From assembly GCA_027858315.1 (NCBI GenBank), contig JAQICV010000092.1:334-64333 (forward strand): a stretch of DNA of 64,000 nt, read 5' to 3'. The notes beneath the pieces were generated by a model. It was not told the origin of the DNA, did not search any database, and was given only the letters and a program-made list of their open reading frames with translations. Position numbers and translations under genes: made by a program. This DNA comes from Candidatus Woesearchaeota archaeon. GTDB lineage: Archaea > Nanobdellota > Nanobdellia > Woesearchaeales > UBA583. Shown in pieces: positions 1 to 10,020 of this stretch (positions are counted from its first letter, which is position 1; every line of letters begins with the position of its first letter).

Positions 1-64
1 GAAACATGATTTTAAGACAATCAAACTTTCTTAACGCTCAAAGGATAACAGTTTTTGAACTCGC

Positions 65-114
65 CTGCTAATGTAGTTCCTTTGGAATTGCGGGTTCAAA
101 TCCCGTCCTCAGCG
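65..114 (+). tRNA. 3' half of tRNA-Ser(GCT), from anticodon loop to discriminator; 5' half not in window (att-site fragment or 3' exon of an intron-containing tRNA)
   Basis: Loop CTGCTAA (65-71); 3' anticodon stem TGTAG; long variable hairpin TTCC-TTT-GGAA; T arm GCGGG-TTCAAAT-CCCGT; acceptor strand CCTCAGC plus G73. Bases 60-64 do not pair with TGTAG and no GCTGAGG occurs in 1-64. Confidence 0.8.
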
Positions 115-214
115 TTTTCGTTTATTCTAAACTCAAACTTAAGTTCGTGATTTTAACCCTGTGATGTGGTCACTACGCAAAGCTTTGTTCTCACATTTTT
201 TGTAAACAAAAAAC

Positions 215-236
215 TTCAAATCCCATCCTCAGCGTT
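215..236 (+). repeat. Direct repeat of the tRNA-Ser 3' end (copy of 95-116)
   Basis: TTCAAATCCCATCCTCAGCGTT vs TTCAAATCCCGTCCTCAGCGTT, 21/22 identical, 120 nt apart. Confidence 0.9.
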
Positions 237-395
237 ATTTTCACATGCAATTGAATTGTGTGATTTAGAATAATTTCTACTTTTGATTTGTTTTTAACCT
301 TTAGAATGTTATTTTATAGTTTAGTGCTGAAACCTTTGGAAAGAGGACTTATAGACTCTGTGGAGTTCGAGTAGAAAAAGTATGGATTAACATAA

Positions 396-1625
396 TTAAC
401 CATTAACAATAGATTCTAATAATTCATAAGTGGATTTTGAAAAGGATTGGACCTCAAAAGATTTTGGAAGAGATAAAATATTTGCACATTTATCTTGCAG
501 ATAATTTTCCATTTTTCTAACTGTGCCTACAAGACCTAAGGTTCCATCTAAAACTAAATCTTTATTCCATCTACCTGGTGTTGCCCACCAGAATTTACAA
601 CTATTTAAGGATTGATCTAATTCATCTCTAACCTCTTGATATATAGGTGTATCTTCCCCAATATTTCTTATAAGTCCAAGTGCATATGACTCTAAATCCC
701 TTTGAAGTTTGTGAACATTATTATCAGGATGTTTCCATAAAGGATAAGGTATTCCTTGGTGAATTTCGTAAGGTTCTGTTGACCATGAACCCTTGTATTT
801 CTCAACATCCAATAAATCTACATTATGAAATTTACTTAAAATGTCTGAGAAGTGAGCAGATTCTAAACCTACATCTTCAATCGTACGTGCGAGATATATC
901 ATCGAATTCTCAGTGTAATTTTGGTGATGACCAATTGTTTCTATGTCAAAACTTAAGCAGGTATAGGCAGATTGATCTCCAAACCGAGATTTCAATTCCT
1001 TATTTAGTTCCAAAATAAAAGCTTCAGTATTAGTATCACCACTATCTGGACGAGTCATTGCAAAATCTGTACTTGGTACTTTAGCACGAAAAAATACAGG
1101 AAGACCATGTATTGAGGCTATATAATTGTGAGGTATAGGTTTATCGTTATGAGCACTAAAGACTGGTGCATCTGTTATAGTCCATTTGTAACCCATCTCT
1201 TTTATTATTTTTGCAAGATCTGAAGAAAAACCCATTTCTGGAGGAAAGAAACCTTTGGGTTGCCAAAGAGAGCCAAAGACTTCCTCATTTCCTTTATGAT
1301 TTAATTCAATTTGTCTTTTTATTTCACTCTCAGGCAAAAGAGGTAAAAATGCATGATATGCAGCACTTCCAGTTAATTCAATTTTTCCTCTTTCGACACC
1401 CCTACCAATATTGTCAATTATGTTTTCTAATTTGTGCTCGATTAATAATTGTGTTAAAGAATAATTCATGTTTAATGAAATTTTTAAGTTTTCATCTGTT
1501 GTAGCAAGCCAATTTGTTAGCCAACTATAACACTCAGTTGTTATTTTTTGAAGAACCTCAGGATATTGCCATGGTGGTTGATACATATGAAGAAGCAATC
1601 CTATTTTTTGTTTAGTTCTTTTCAT
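396..1625 (-). CDS. Glycoside hydrolase family 57 protein
   Basis: GH57 motifs HMYQP, ELTGSAAYHAFLPL, FFPPEMG (nucleophile E), FDIETIGHH (acid/base D). Confidence 0.9.
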   Translation of the reverse strand: MKRTKQKIGLLLHMYQPPWQYPEVLQKITTECYSWLTNWLATTDENLKISLNMNYSLTQLLIEHKLENIIDNIGRGVERGKIELTGSAAYHAFLPLLPESEIKRQIELNHKGNEEVFGSLWQPKGFFPPEMGFSSDLAKIIKEMGYKWTITDAPVFSAHNDKPIPHNYIASIHGLPVFFRAKVPSTDFAMTRPDSGDTNTEAFILELNKELKSRFGDQSAYTCLSFDIETIGHHQNYTENSMIYLARTIEDVGLESAHFSDILSKFHNVDLLDVEKYKGSWSTEPYEIHQGIPYPLWKHPDNNVHKLQRDLESYALGLIRNIGEDTPIYQEVRDELDQSLNSCKFWWATPGRWNKDLVLDGTLGLVGTVRKMENYLQDKCANILSLPKSFEVQSFSKSTYELLESIVNG

Positions 1626-1717
1626 CTTATCTGAATTAACAAAAATGAGCTATATAAATGTTTTTAATGTGTGATAAATAATAAATCATAGTTGAAAATA
1701 TTTTGAGGTAATTATTA

Positions 1718-1789
1718 ATGAAGAAAAAAGAAGAATATTGTGATTTGAAACTTTATTGGACAAAGAGATTAGAAGATAGGGATTATTGA
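1718..1789 (+). CDS. Possible 23-aa small ORF (MKKKEEYCDLKLYWTKRLEDRDY)
   Basis: ATG at 1718 preceded by a GAGGT Shine-Dalgarno-like motif at 1705-1709; intergenic location. Confidence 0.25.
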   Translation: MKKKEEYCDLKLYWTKRLEDRDY

Positions 1790-1817
1790 TTTCCCACGAT
1801 ATATTTATAAATCCTTG

Positions 1818-1831
1818 TGCATATATATGCA
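1818..1831. promoter_or_regulatory. Palindromic operator candidate TGCATATATATGCA upstream of the DUF134 gene
   Basis: Perfect 14-bp palindrome between a TTTATAAA box (1804-1811) and ATG 1834. Confidence 0.55.
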
Positions 1832-1833
1832 TT

Positions 1834-2130
1834 ATGGCGAGAGCTAAAAAATGTAAGATAGTTTTAGAAAATCCTAACTTTACTTACTTTAAACCTGTAG
1901 GAGTCCCAATGAAGGATTTAAATGAGATGATCTTAAATATAGAAGAGTTTGAGGCTTTAAGGTTAAAAGATTTAGAAAAGAAGGGTCAAATTGATTGTGC
2001 TAAGATAATGGGAGTTCATCAGAGTACTTTTCAAAGATTATTAATTAAGGCAAGAGAAAAAGTAACTTTTGCGTTAGTGAATGGTTCTGCCATAAGAATT
2101 GAGGGAGGAAATTATATTAAAGATGAATAA
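1834..2130 (+). CDS. DUF134 (UPF0251) HTH DNA-binding protein
   Basis: MARAKKCK...YFKPVGVP...EEFEALRLKDLE...CAKIMGVHQSTFQRLL...AIRIEGG; start moved to ATG 1834. Confidence 0.9.
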   Translation: MARAKKCKIVLENPNFTYFKPVGVPMKDLNEMILNIEEFEALRLKDLEKKGQIDCAKIMGVHQSTFQRLLIKAREKVTFALVNGSAIRIEGGNYIKDE

Positions 2131-2563
2131 TAATACAGTAAAGAAGATTAAGAAAGTTTCAATTAAGAATTTTAAAGGTATTGTAAATTTATTACCTATT
2201 CTTTTAGGAGTTATTTTATTGATTAGTATAGTTAATTCATTAGTTCCTCAAGACTTTTATTCAAAGATTTTGACAGGAAATAGTTTTTATGATGTTTTGA
2301 TGCTTGATTTTTTTGGTTCAGTTCTTGCTGGAAATCCTATTACAGCTTATATGATTAGTGAGGAATTGATGAATAATTCAGTTTCTTTGTTTTTAATTAC
2401 AGCCTTTATTCTAGCATGGACAACTGTTGGAGTAGTTCAGTTTCCTGCAGAGAGTGTTTTAATGGGTAAAAAATTTGCTGTGACTAGAAATATTGTTGCA
2501 TTTGTTTTTGCAATTATAGTTTCATACCTTACTTTTTTAATTTATGAGGTGATTTTCTTATGA
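2123..2563 (+). CDS. Predicted permease subunit (DUF318/ArsP-like half-permease)
   Basis: About 4 TM segments; GSVLAGNP, AFILAWTTVG..FPAE motifs; operon context. Confidence 0.7.
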   Translation: MNNNTVKKIKKVSIKNFKGIVNLLPILLGVILLISIVNSLVPQDFYSKILTGNSFYDVLMLDFFGSVLAGNPITAYMISEELMNNSVSLFLITAFILAWTTVGVVQFPAESVLMGKKFAVTRNIVAFVFAIIVSYLTFLIYEVIFL

Positions 2564-3060
2564 AACCAACAGAAAAATCCATGTTTGGATATTATTTTTT
2601 AGGATTTGTTTTGATTTTATATTTATTTTTTAGTATTTATAATTTTGAAATAATAGTTGTTTCTTTGAATTATTTCTTTAGTTTAATGAAAAATGTTTTA
2701 CCATTACTTTTATTTATCTATATTTTGATGGTTATTAGTGATTTTTATTTGACTGAAGAAAAAATAAAGAAACTTAGTAGTAAATTTAATGGTTTTAGAG
2801 GATGGATTTTAGCAATTATTAGTGGAATTATTTCATCTGGACCAATTTATATGTGGTATCCTTTTTTATCAAATTTAAAAAATAAAGGAGTAAGGACGGG
2901 ATTTTTAGTAGCTTTTTTATATAATAGAGCAATTAAAATTCCTTTGATTCCTGTTATGCTTATAGTATTTAATGTAAATTATATTCTTGTTTTATTTGTT
3001 GTTATGGTTTTAGCTTCAATAGTTCAAGGAAAAATTGTCGAGGTAATTTTAGAAAAATGA
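2560..3060 (+). CDS. Predicted permease subunit (second half-permease)
   Basis: TM-rich; GIISSGPIYMWYP, FLYNRAIKIP motifs; overlaps previous stop. Confidence 0.7.
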   Translation: MKPTEKSMFGYYFLGFVLILYLFFSIYNFEIIVVSLNYFFSLMKNVLPLLLFIYILMVISDFYLTEEKIKKLSSKFNGFRGWILAIISGIISSGPIYMWYPFLSNLKNKGVRTGFLVAFLYNRAIKIPLIPVMLIVFNVNYILVLFVVMVLASIVQGKIVEVILEK

Positions 3061-3362
3061 AAATAGCAGTCGCGAGTGAATCAAAAGATGAAAATCTTGC
3101 AAAAGTTAGTCCTATTTCAGGAAGAGCATCATATTATTTAATTTATGATGATAAAGAGTTTGTTAAAGCAATTAAGAATCCATTTAAGATAGGTGGAGGA
3201 GGTGCTGGGCCAGCTGTTGCTCAAATGCTTACTAACGAAGGAGTTGAATTAATTATTTCTGGAAAATTGGGAGAGAAGATGATAGGGGTTCTTAATAGTA
3301 ATGGAATTAAATATCAAGTTTCAGAAGAAGTTTTGATTAAAGATTTAATTAGAGATTTATAA
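3057..3362 (+). CDS. NifB/NifX family (dinitrogenase FeMo-cofactor-binding-like) protein
   Basis: MKIAVAS..VSPISGRA.YYLIY..NP...GGGAG...LIISGKLG. Confidence 0.85.
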   Translation: MKIAVASESKDENLAKVSPISGRASYYLIYDDKEFVKAIKNPFKIGGGGAGPAVAQMLTNEGVELIISGKLGEKMIGVLNSNGIKYQVSEEVLIKDLIRDL

Positions 3363-3429
3363 TTTTAATTTTAATTTTATTTTATTTTACTACTATTTTT
3401 TATTCTAAAATATTATAAATATTAATCAC

Positions 3430-3452
3430 TAAATCGTACTTAGTACGATTTA
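3430..3452. promoter_or_regulatory. Palindromic operator TAAATCGTACT-T-AGTACGATTTA abutting the start codon
   Basis: Perfect 11-bp arms around a 1-nt centre; same core recurs at 34715-34741; TATA-like TTATAAAT at 3413-3420. Confidence 0.75.
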
Positions 3453-6400
3453 TGGTAAAAGAAAATAGTGCTCGGAAATTGAATTCAAAAACGAAGTTTT
3501 TGATTGGGTTGTTCTTAGTTTTTACTATTTTGTTTTTACCTTCTGTTTATAGTGCGGGAGAGCCTTGGTGGAATACTTCATTTGAATTTAGACAAGAGAT
3601 TAATATTTCTACATCTGCTGGTGCAACTCCTGCAAATTATCAGATAGAGTTAGATCTTGATAATACAAATGTTGGTGCTAATTTTAATTGGTCAAGGAGT
3701 TGTGAAGATTTAAGAGTTCTTGATAATCAAACTAAATTAGATTACTGGATTCAAAGTTGTAATTCGGTTAGTGAGCAGGCAACTATTTGGGTTAAGATGC
3801 CTTTGAGTTTTACAACTGCTCCAAAGACTCTTCATATTTATTATGGAAATTTGAATGTTAATAATGAGAGTAGTGGAGATGCTGTATTTGATTTCTTTGA
3901 TGATTTTAGTGGAGATTTGAGTAAATGGACTGAACATAAAAATCCAGATAAAATTTTTATTGTTGACAATTATTTACAAATTAGTGGAGCAACAACTTCT
4001 GCTCCTTATGGACACTCAGTAATTGGTTCTGATGCTACTTATTCTGGTTTCTTGAATGGAATTATTGATGGTGAACTATATCTTGATACTAATGCAATTG
4101 CGGAGATGGGTTTTAGAGGTAATTATGCTTCTAATACTGGATATAAATCAAGAGCTGATGCTAGACCTTCTGAGGGTGTTTCTCATTTAAAGCCTCCTTA
4201 TAACGGTTGGGGGTTTTTAGCAGGATGTTCTGCAACAGGTGGAGGTATTACCACTCATACTTGGCTTCCTTTTAGTATTACTGTTAATTCAAATACATTT
4301 AATATTGTAACTCAAGGTAAGTCTGTAACTTGTACAGATAATTCTTACAATACTGCAGGAGAAATTTCATTTCATAATCATTATGGTTTATATTCAAGAT
4401 TTGATAATATTAGAGTTAGAAAATATTTTGCATCAAATGTGAATATAGTTTATGGTGTTGAAGAATCTTTAGGTTTGTTAGATTTTAGTTTTTTAACACC
4501 ATCTTCTGTAGGTATTGGTTATATATTTAAAGATGATGTTTTTAATATTAGTATTGCTGTAAGTTGTAGGAAGAAAGCGTCCCCTTTTAATTGTGGAGAT
4601 ATAAATTTTAGTTTAAGATACAATGATACTTCTACAACATTTGAGAATATTTCTTTAAGTTCAACTACTCCTTTATGGATAACAAGTCCTGCTCAAAGTT
4701 ATTCTTTAGTTGATGATGAGACTCATATTATTTCATGGCTTCTAAATGGAAGTGGTAATGCTGGAGATTCATTTTTACTTGATGTGTTTGCTGTAAGTTC
4801 TGATGCTTTTACCTTTAATCAGAAATCTGCAGAAAATGGGCATGTGATAATTACAAATCAACCAATTGTTGCATTTAATCAGAGTATTTATGATTTTGGA
4901 AGTTTTTTTAAAAATTCTGGAAATAAATTGAAGACTTTGAGTATTTTGGCGGATTTAGGAATTAGCACAAATGTAACTGTTACGTGTGAGAGTGGAGACT
5001 GCTCAATGTTTAGTGATGATTGGGTTGATGGAACTGATATGAATGATGGTGATTCCTCTTTAATTGATTTTACTTGCTTTGAAAGTATTTCTGGAGATTT
5101 TAATGCAATATTTAGTGTGAGTTCTAATGAAAATCCTATGAAATCATTTGTAGATTTAAGTTGTAGTGTTGATAAAATTTATGGTCCTATTATGCCTCAT
5201 CTAATTATTCCTGTTGAGAATACTAGTATTAATGTTATGCAAAATGAAACTTTTAAAATAAATGCATCTGTTGATTGTGTTGGTAATTGTGGAGAAATTA
5301 CTGCTTTTGCTTTATATGATAGTTATGTTAATACTTGGAAAAATGTTCTATATCCATTTAAACAAAATATTACTTTGACTTCAGCAACTAGTATTAATTC
5401 GGGTTATCAAACTTTGTTAAGTTTTGATTCTTCAAATATTGGAATTAATTTTGATTGGTCAAATAATTGCGAAGATATTGCTTTTTATACAAATTATGAT
5501 GAACTCTCATTTTGGGTTGAATCTTGTAATGTTGTTGGAGAGGAAATGAAAGTATGGATTAAGACTAATAATCAAATTAATGTTTCAGGATATGATTTTA
5601 GAATGTATTATGGATATATTAATACTAGTAAAAGTAATGGTGAGAGTGTATTTAATTTCTTTGATGATTTTTTAGGTTCTAGCCTTAATCTAAGTAAATG
5701 GAATTTATTATATGACCAAGGATGGTCAGTTTCAGGTGGTGAACTTATTGGAACTAATACTAATGGAATTTTGCATTCTGTAAATTCTTTTTCAAATCCT
5801 GTAATTTTGGAAACTAAAACTAAAATGGTTACTAGAGCTGCAAATGGAATGATGAGTTTAGGTTTTTATTCTAGTGCAGGAGATGGAGTAGGTATTCAAG
5901 AGATAAATGTTGCTCCAGGTCAGTATTATTATAGAAATAATGGAGCTTGGAGCTCAGCTACTGCATTTGATAGTTTATATAATTATCACTATAATAAATT
6001 TTCAATAGATTCATCTAATAATGTTGTATTAACAATTGTGGATTTAATTGATGGAACTACAAGTACAAAGTCTTTTTCAAATACAGTGAATTTAGAAAAA
6101 ATAGCACTTGGTAGAAAATATGATAATGCTAATTTAAATCAAGCATATAATCAAAGATGGGATTGGATTAGAACTAGAATGTATAGTGCAATTGAACCTA
6201 CAATTTTAATTTCAAATGAAGATAAACTCAATATTATTTCAACCAATGTTTTAGATATACCTTTTTATACTTTTAATCTGCAGCCTCAAAGTTGTAATCC
6301 TATTGAGGATGGATCATGTTCTTTTGAATGGCTTGTTAATGTAACAGGATTAATCAATTCAAGTTATAATGTAAGTGTATTATTTTTGTCAAATTATTCT

Positions 6401-7045
6401 AATATATTAAGTGCAACATCAGGTTTTGCTCAAGTGAATATTGTAAATAATTTACCGCCTTTAGTTAATTTAATATCTCCGAATAATAATTCTAAAATTT
6501 TGATAAGTAATGATTTTATAGAACTTAAATATAATGTATCTTCTATTGATACAAATGTTTCTTGCGCTTTATTTGTTAATGGTATTTTTAATACAACTCA
6601 TAGTTGTAATGTGGGTGAGAATAATTTTAATTTATCTGTTAATAGAGGGGCTTATAATTGGTATATACAATCAAATAATTCTTTAGCAAGTACTGATTCT
6701 CAAGTTTTCAATTTTAATATAATAGAAGATTATGATTCAAGGATATCTAAAAAAATTTCAAATATTAATCTTGATTTGTATAAGTTAGAATTAAATATAG
6801 AAAATAGAATTAATAGTACAAATAATATTATTCCAATAGATTTTGTTGATAATAGGTTTAATTATGGTTCTTTTAGCACAACTTATGATTGGTTGAATTT
6901 AACAAATGGTTTATTGTATAATGGTTCAATATTGGGATGGGATTTGAATTTGATTCCTTTAGCTAATTTTAATATAAATTATTCTGTTACAAAAAATGTT
7001 GATGATTACTATTTACTTGATGAATTTATTATTGGATTAGAATAA
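3452..7045 (+). CDS. Large secreted surface protein: two DUF2341 domains with lectin-like inserts, Ig-like domains and shared C-terminal domain
   Basis: Signal peptide; DUF2341 motifs (WWN..F.FRQ.I.I, DLRV, LDYWI, IWVK, IYYGN, F.FFDDF) twice; ends DEFIIGLE. Confidence 0.85.
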   Translation: MVKENSARKLNSKTKFLIGLFLVFTILFLPSVYSAGEPWWNTSFEFRQEINISTSAGATPANYQIELDLDNTNVGANFNWSRSCEDLRVLDNQTKLDYWIQSCNSVSEQATIWVKMPLSFTTAPKTLHIYYGNLNVNNESSGDAVFDFFDDFSGDLSKWTEHKNPDKIFIVDNYLQISGATTSAPYGHSVIGSDATYSGFLNGIIDGELYLDTNAIAEMGFRGNYASNTGYKSRADARPSEGVSHLKPPYNGWGFLAGCSATGGGITTHTWLPFSITVNSNTFNIVTQGKSVTCTDNSYNTAGEISFHNHYGLYSRFDNIRVRKYFASNVNIVYGVEESLGLLDFSFLTPSSVGIGYIFKDDVFNISIAVSCRKKASPFNCGDINFSLRYNDTSTTFENISLSSTTPLWITSPAQSYSLVDDETHIISWLLNGSGNAGDSFLLDVFAVSSDAFTFNQKSAENGHVIITNQPIVAFNQSIYDFGSFFKNSGNKLKTLSILADLGISTNVTVTCESGDCSMFSDDWVDGTDMNDGDSSLIDFTCFESISGDFNAIFSVSSNENPMKSFVDLSCSVDKIYGPIMPHLIIPVENTSINVMQNETFKINASVDCVGNCGEITAFALYDSYVNTWKNVLYPFKQNITLTSATSINSGYQTLLSFDSSNIGINFDWSNNCEDIAFYTNYDELSFWVESCNVVGEEMKVWIKTNNQINVSGYDFRMYYGYINTSKSNGESVFNFFDDFLGSSLNLSKWNLLYDQGWSVSGGELIGTNTNGILHSVNSFSNPVILETKTKMVTRAANGMMSLGFYSSAGDGVGIQEINVAPGQYYYRNNGAWSSATAFDSLYNYHYNKFSIDSSNNVVLTIVDLIDGTTSTKSFSNTVNLEKIALGRKYDNANLNQAYNQRWDWIRTRMYSAIEPTILISNEDKLNIISTNVLDIPFYTFNLQPQSCNPIEDGSCSFEWLVNVTGLINSSYNVSVLFLSNYSNILSATSGFAQVNIVNNLPPLVNLISPNNNSKILISNDFIELKYNVSSIDTNVSCALFVNGIFNTTHSCNVGENNFNLSVNRGAYNWYIQSNNSLASTDSQVFNFNIIEDYDSRISKKISNINLDLYKLELNIENRINSTNNIIPIDFVDNRFNYGSFSTTYDWLNLTNGLLYNGSILGWDLNLIPLANFNINYSVTKNVDDYYLLDEFIIGLE

Positions 7046-7062
7046 AAATGTTTTATTTAATA

Positions 7063-7878
7063 TTATAAATCATCTAATTTTACTATTTGAGAGGCTGAAT
7101 AATTTTTATGATAAATTTTATTTTTTGTATGTTCAAATAAACTTTCTCCAATTACTGCAGAATTTATTGAAAAGTCTTCAATTATATGTATTCTTGGTTT
7201 CTCATTTTGCTTATAATAAGATTTATTAGTCTCATCTATTCCTTCATCTAAACATTGAATTCTTATATCTTTAGATAGGTCATAAGATGCAGCATAACCT
7301 CCTCCAAAGAAAAGATTTTTACATTTAAAGTTATTTAATTTATTCTCTTTTCCTCTGATTAATCTTCCACTATAATTTCGAGTTAGTTTTATATCATCAA
7401 TAATTTTTCTTTCTAAGAATGAACTACTAAATTGGTAATAAGTATCTGTTTCTTCAAAGAATACAATACTATAGTCTAGATATTTATCTCCAGATAGTAC
7501 TCTTTGAAGGTTTTCAATGTATTCAAGAGAATCTTCAACATGTCTATTTGTTAATAAATTGTTTATTATTGGAATTTTAGGATTGTGATGTAAGTATAGA
7601 AAAAATGGATGAACTAGTACTATTAAATTATCTTTTAGTTTAAGATTTGAGTGTTTTTGTATGTGTTCTATAGATGTATCGATTAGAGATTTTGGTTCAG
7701 GTTCTTGTCCATCATAAGTTTGTATTAATTGTTTGAATAATTCTGATTTTTGAAATGGATATAGACCTTCCTCTCTTAATTTTGAAATATGTTCTCTTTT
7801 TTCATTGAATTTTACATAATCTAGAATTTGATTTTCATCTGAAGTTAGAAATCCATTTAAATTTTTTAGAGAAGGCAT
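7063..7878 (-). CDS. Hypothetical protein
   Basis: 271-aa ORF, no family recognised. Confidence 0.6.
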   Translation of the reverse strand: MPSLKNLNGFLTSDENQILDYVKFNEKREHISKLREEGLYPFQKSELFKQLIQTYDGQEPEPKSLIDTSIEHIQKHSNLKLKDNLIVLVHPFFLYLHHNPKIPIINNLLTNRHVEDSLEYIENLQRVLSGDKYLDYSIVFFEETDTYYQFSSSFLERKIIDDIKLTRNYSGRLIRGKENKLNNFKCKNLFFGGGYAASYDLSKDIRIQCLDEGIDETNKSYYKQNEKPRIHIIEDFSINSAVIGESLFEHTKNKIYHKNYSASQIVKLDDL

Positions 7879-7907
7879 TCTATTATTTTAAAATTAAAAT
7901 TATAAGT

Positions 7908-9881
7908 TTATAATAAAAATAAACTGATTACAATTAAGATTACAATTAATCCTAAACCTGTTCCTAAATATACTGAAGATTTTTCAACTTCTGAACCAAA
8001 TAAACTTATAGTGGTATTAGTTGTTGTATTTTCTTGAGTATTATTGATAGGTTTAATATCAATTCCACCTACTCCACCAGTGTTACATTCAAGAACTGTT
8101 AGAGTTGATTCTTCTTTTACAAATTTAGTTCCAAATGAAATTTTTTGTACTACTGTGTATGTTCCAGCTTCTAATAAACTAATATCTAAAATGTAGTTTT
8201 GTTGATCGATTTCATCAACTGATAGTTCATAATTATTTGTTGATTTTTCGATATTTGTTCCAACAATCTCTGAAGATACTGAAATAAATTTATCATTTGC
8301 TCCTAAATTTCTGTATTTTAAATATGTGAATAATTCTTTATCACATTTTACTACTGAAGGACTAATTGCATAAGAGTCAATAATAATGTTATCCATTGGC
8401 CTTACTATTTCAATTTGTTCTACTTCAATTACTTCTTGATCTTCGTATGAAACTCTAATCTCTAATGTATGTGGTCCATCTTGTGCGTCTTCAGGAATGT
8501 TGAATCTTAAAATTTGTGAACTTTCATCATTAATATCTAAGATGAATGATGATGAACTCTCAGTAATATCACTATTACCAAAATCTACATTTTCTAAAAT
8601 ACCTGTAATTTTCACATTTCTTACTGTGCTTGAACCTTGATTTCTAACTACTACTTCAACATCAAGTGTAGAACCTGGTTCTACTGTATCATCAAATATT
8701 AGTTCTTGAATGTATATATCACCAATTACTTTAACTTCTAGAGTTATACTTTCTTCTTCAATTTCATCTCCAGTTGCATCTAATACATGAATTTGAGTAA
8801 TGTAAGTTCCACTAGCTTGTCCTGATGGTACATCAATTCTAATTTCAATTGTATCATCATCACCATTATCTAAATCAATATTTGTTGGACTAAATGTGAT
8901 TGCTTCTTTAGGAATGATGTTGCTTGTGAATTTTTCTTCTAGGTCTCCATCTACTGAGAATGTTAATTCTGTAGCATCTACATCACCAGTGTTATCTACA
9001 TCGAATTCATATTTTTCAATATTTCCTTCTTCAGCGATTACTTTTAAAATTCCTGATCTTACATCAGCTGAGTTTTGTAGAATTTCGATTTCTAAGTCAC
9101 CAGTTAATACTACTCTGATTGTAAAATCTTCATCTAAACCTTCATCTGAAGTAATTGTCATAACTCCTTCATAAATATCTGCATCAACATTTGGAAGATC
9201 AATTTTAAAGTCTAAATTTTGAGATGTTTCTCCAATTGGAAGTGAATCGATTTCAAATTTATCGATGTCATCTCCTTCTAGAATAAAATCATTTTCGTCT
9301 AATTCATCATTTGAATTTTCTCCATCTAATCTTTCTATACTTATTCTAATGTTTGTTAGTTCTACATCACCATTATTTTCAATTGTAAATGAACCTTCTT
9401 GATTTCTAATAGTGTCATCTTTATCTATATCTCCTACAAAATCAATAATTGTTCCTGTAATTCCATTTAAATCAATTGATGGAGCACCAACAATATTTAC
9501 TGTAATACTAAAGTCTACAGTGTTTGTGTTTGAAGGAGTATTATCATTTGTAAATGTTAGAACTTCATCAAATGTACCTGTACTTGAGCCTGTATTGTAA
9601 CTGTAACTAACATCTGCAGTTGCAGCAGGTTGTAGGTTTTCAATTGCAGTTACATTTGTTGTGATTGTAATTCGAGTGTTTGTTTTACTAATTGTAAGAT
9701 TTAACACCTCATCTCCAGTGTTTGTAACTGTTAATGTTTCAGTTTTCGCTGTGTTAACACTATCTGTTGAAGAAATAGCGCTAGGAGTTACTGTGAAATC
9801 TTGAACAGCAAAAACACTTGTAATTGTTAATGTTAGCATTAAGAATAATGCAAAAAATATCATTTTTATTGTTTTTTTCAT
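7908..9881 (-). CDS. Putative S-layer/cell-surface protein with tandem Ig-like (CARDB-like) domains and C-terminal TM anchor
   Basis: Signal peptide, repeated N.G. beta-sandwich motifs, very acidic, Thr-rich linker followed by a TM helix. Confidence 0.7.
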   Translation of the reverse strand: MKKTIKMIFFALFLMLTLTITSVFAVQDFTVTPSAISSTDSVNTAKTETLTVTNTGDEVLNLTISKTNTRITITTNVTAIENLQPAATADVSYSYNTGSSTGTFDEVLTFTNDNTPSNTNTVDFSITVNIVGAPSIDLNGITGTIIDFVGDIDKDDTIRNQEGSFTIENNGDVELTNIRISIERLDGENSNDELDENDFILEGDDIDKFEIDSLPIGETSQNLDFKIDLPNVDADIYEGVMTITSDEGLDEDFTIRVVLTGDLEIEILQNSADVRSGILKVIAEEGNIEKYEFDVDNTGDVDATELTFSVDGDLEEKFTSNIIPKEAITFSPTNIDLDNGDDDTIEIRIDVPSGQASGTYITQIHVLDATGDEIEEESITLEVKVIGDIYIQELIFDDTVEPGSTLDVEVVVRNQGSSTVRNVKITGILENVDFGNSDITESSSSFILDINDESSQILRFNIPEDAQDGPHTLEIRVSYEDQEVIEVEQIEIVRPMDNIIIDSYAISPSVVKCDKELFTYLKYRNLGANDKFISVSSEIVGTNIEKSTNNYELSVDEIDQQNYILDISLLEAGTYTVVQKISFGTKFVKEESTLTVLECNTGGVGGIDIKPINNTQENTTTNTTISLFGSEVEKSSVYLGTGLGLIVILIVISLFLL

Positions 9882-10020
9882 TTTTTTGTTTATCGTAATT
9901 GATTTATTGTTATTACTACTCAATAAGTACTAATTTATAAAGCTTTTGGATTTGCCCTATTTGGGATGATAATAGTTAATGTATGGCAAAGTTTATATAA
10001 TTTTTTAGAGTAGTATATTT

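Noticed and set aside
306..374. 22-codon ORF MLFYSLVLKPLERGLIDSVEFE
   Set aside because: Too short, no RBS or other support
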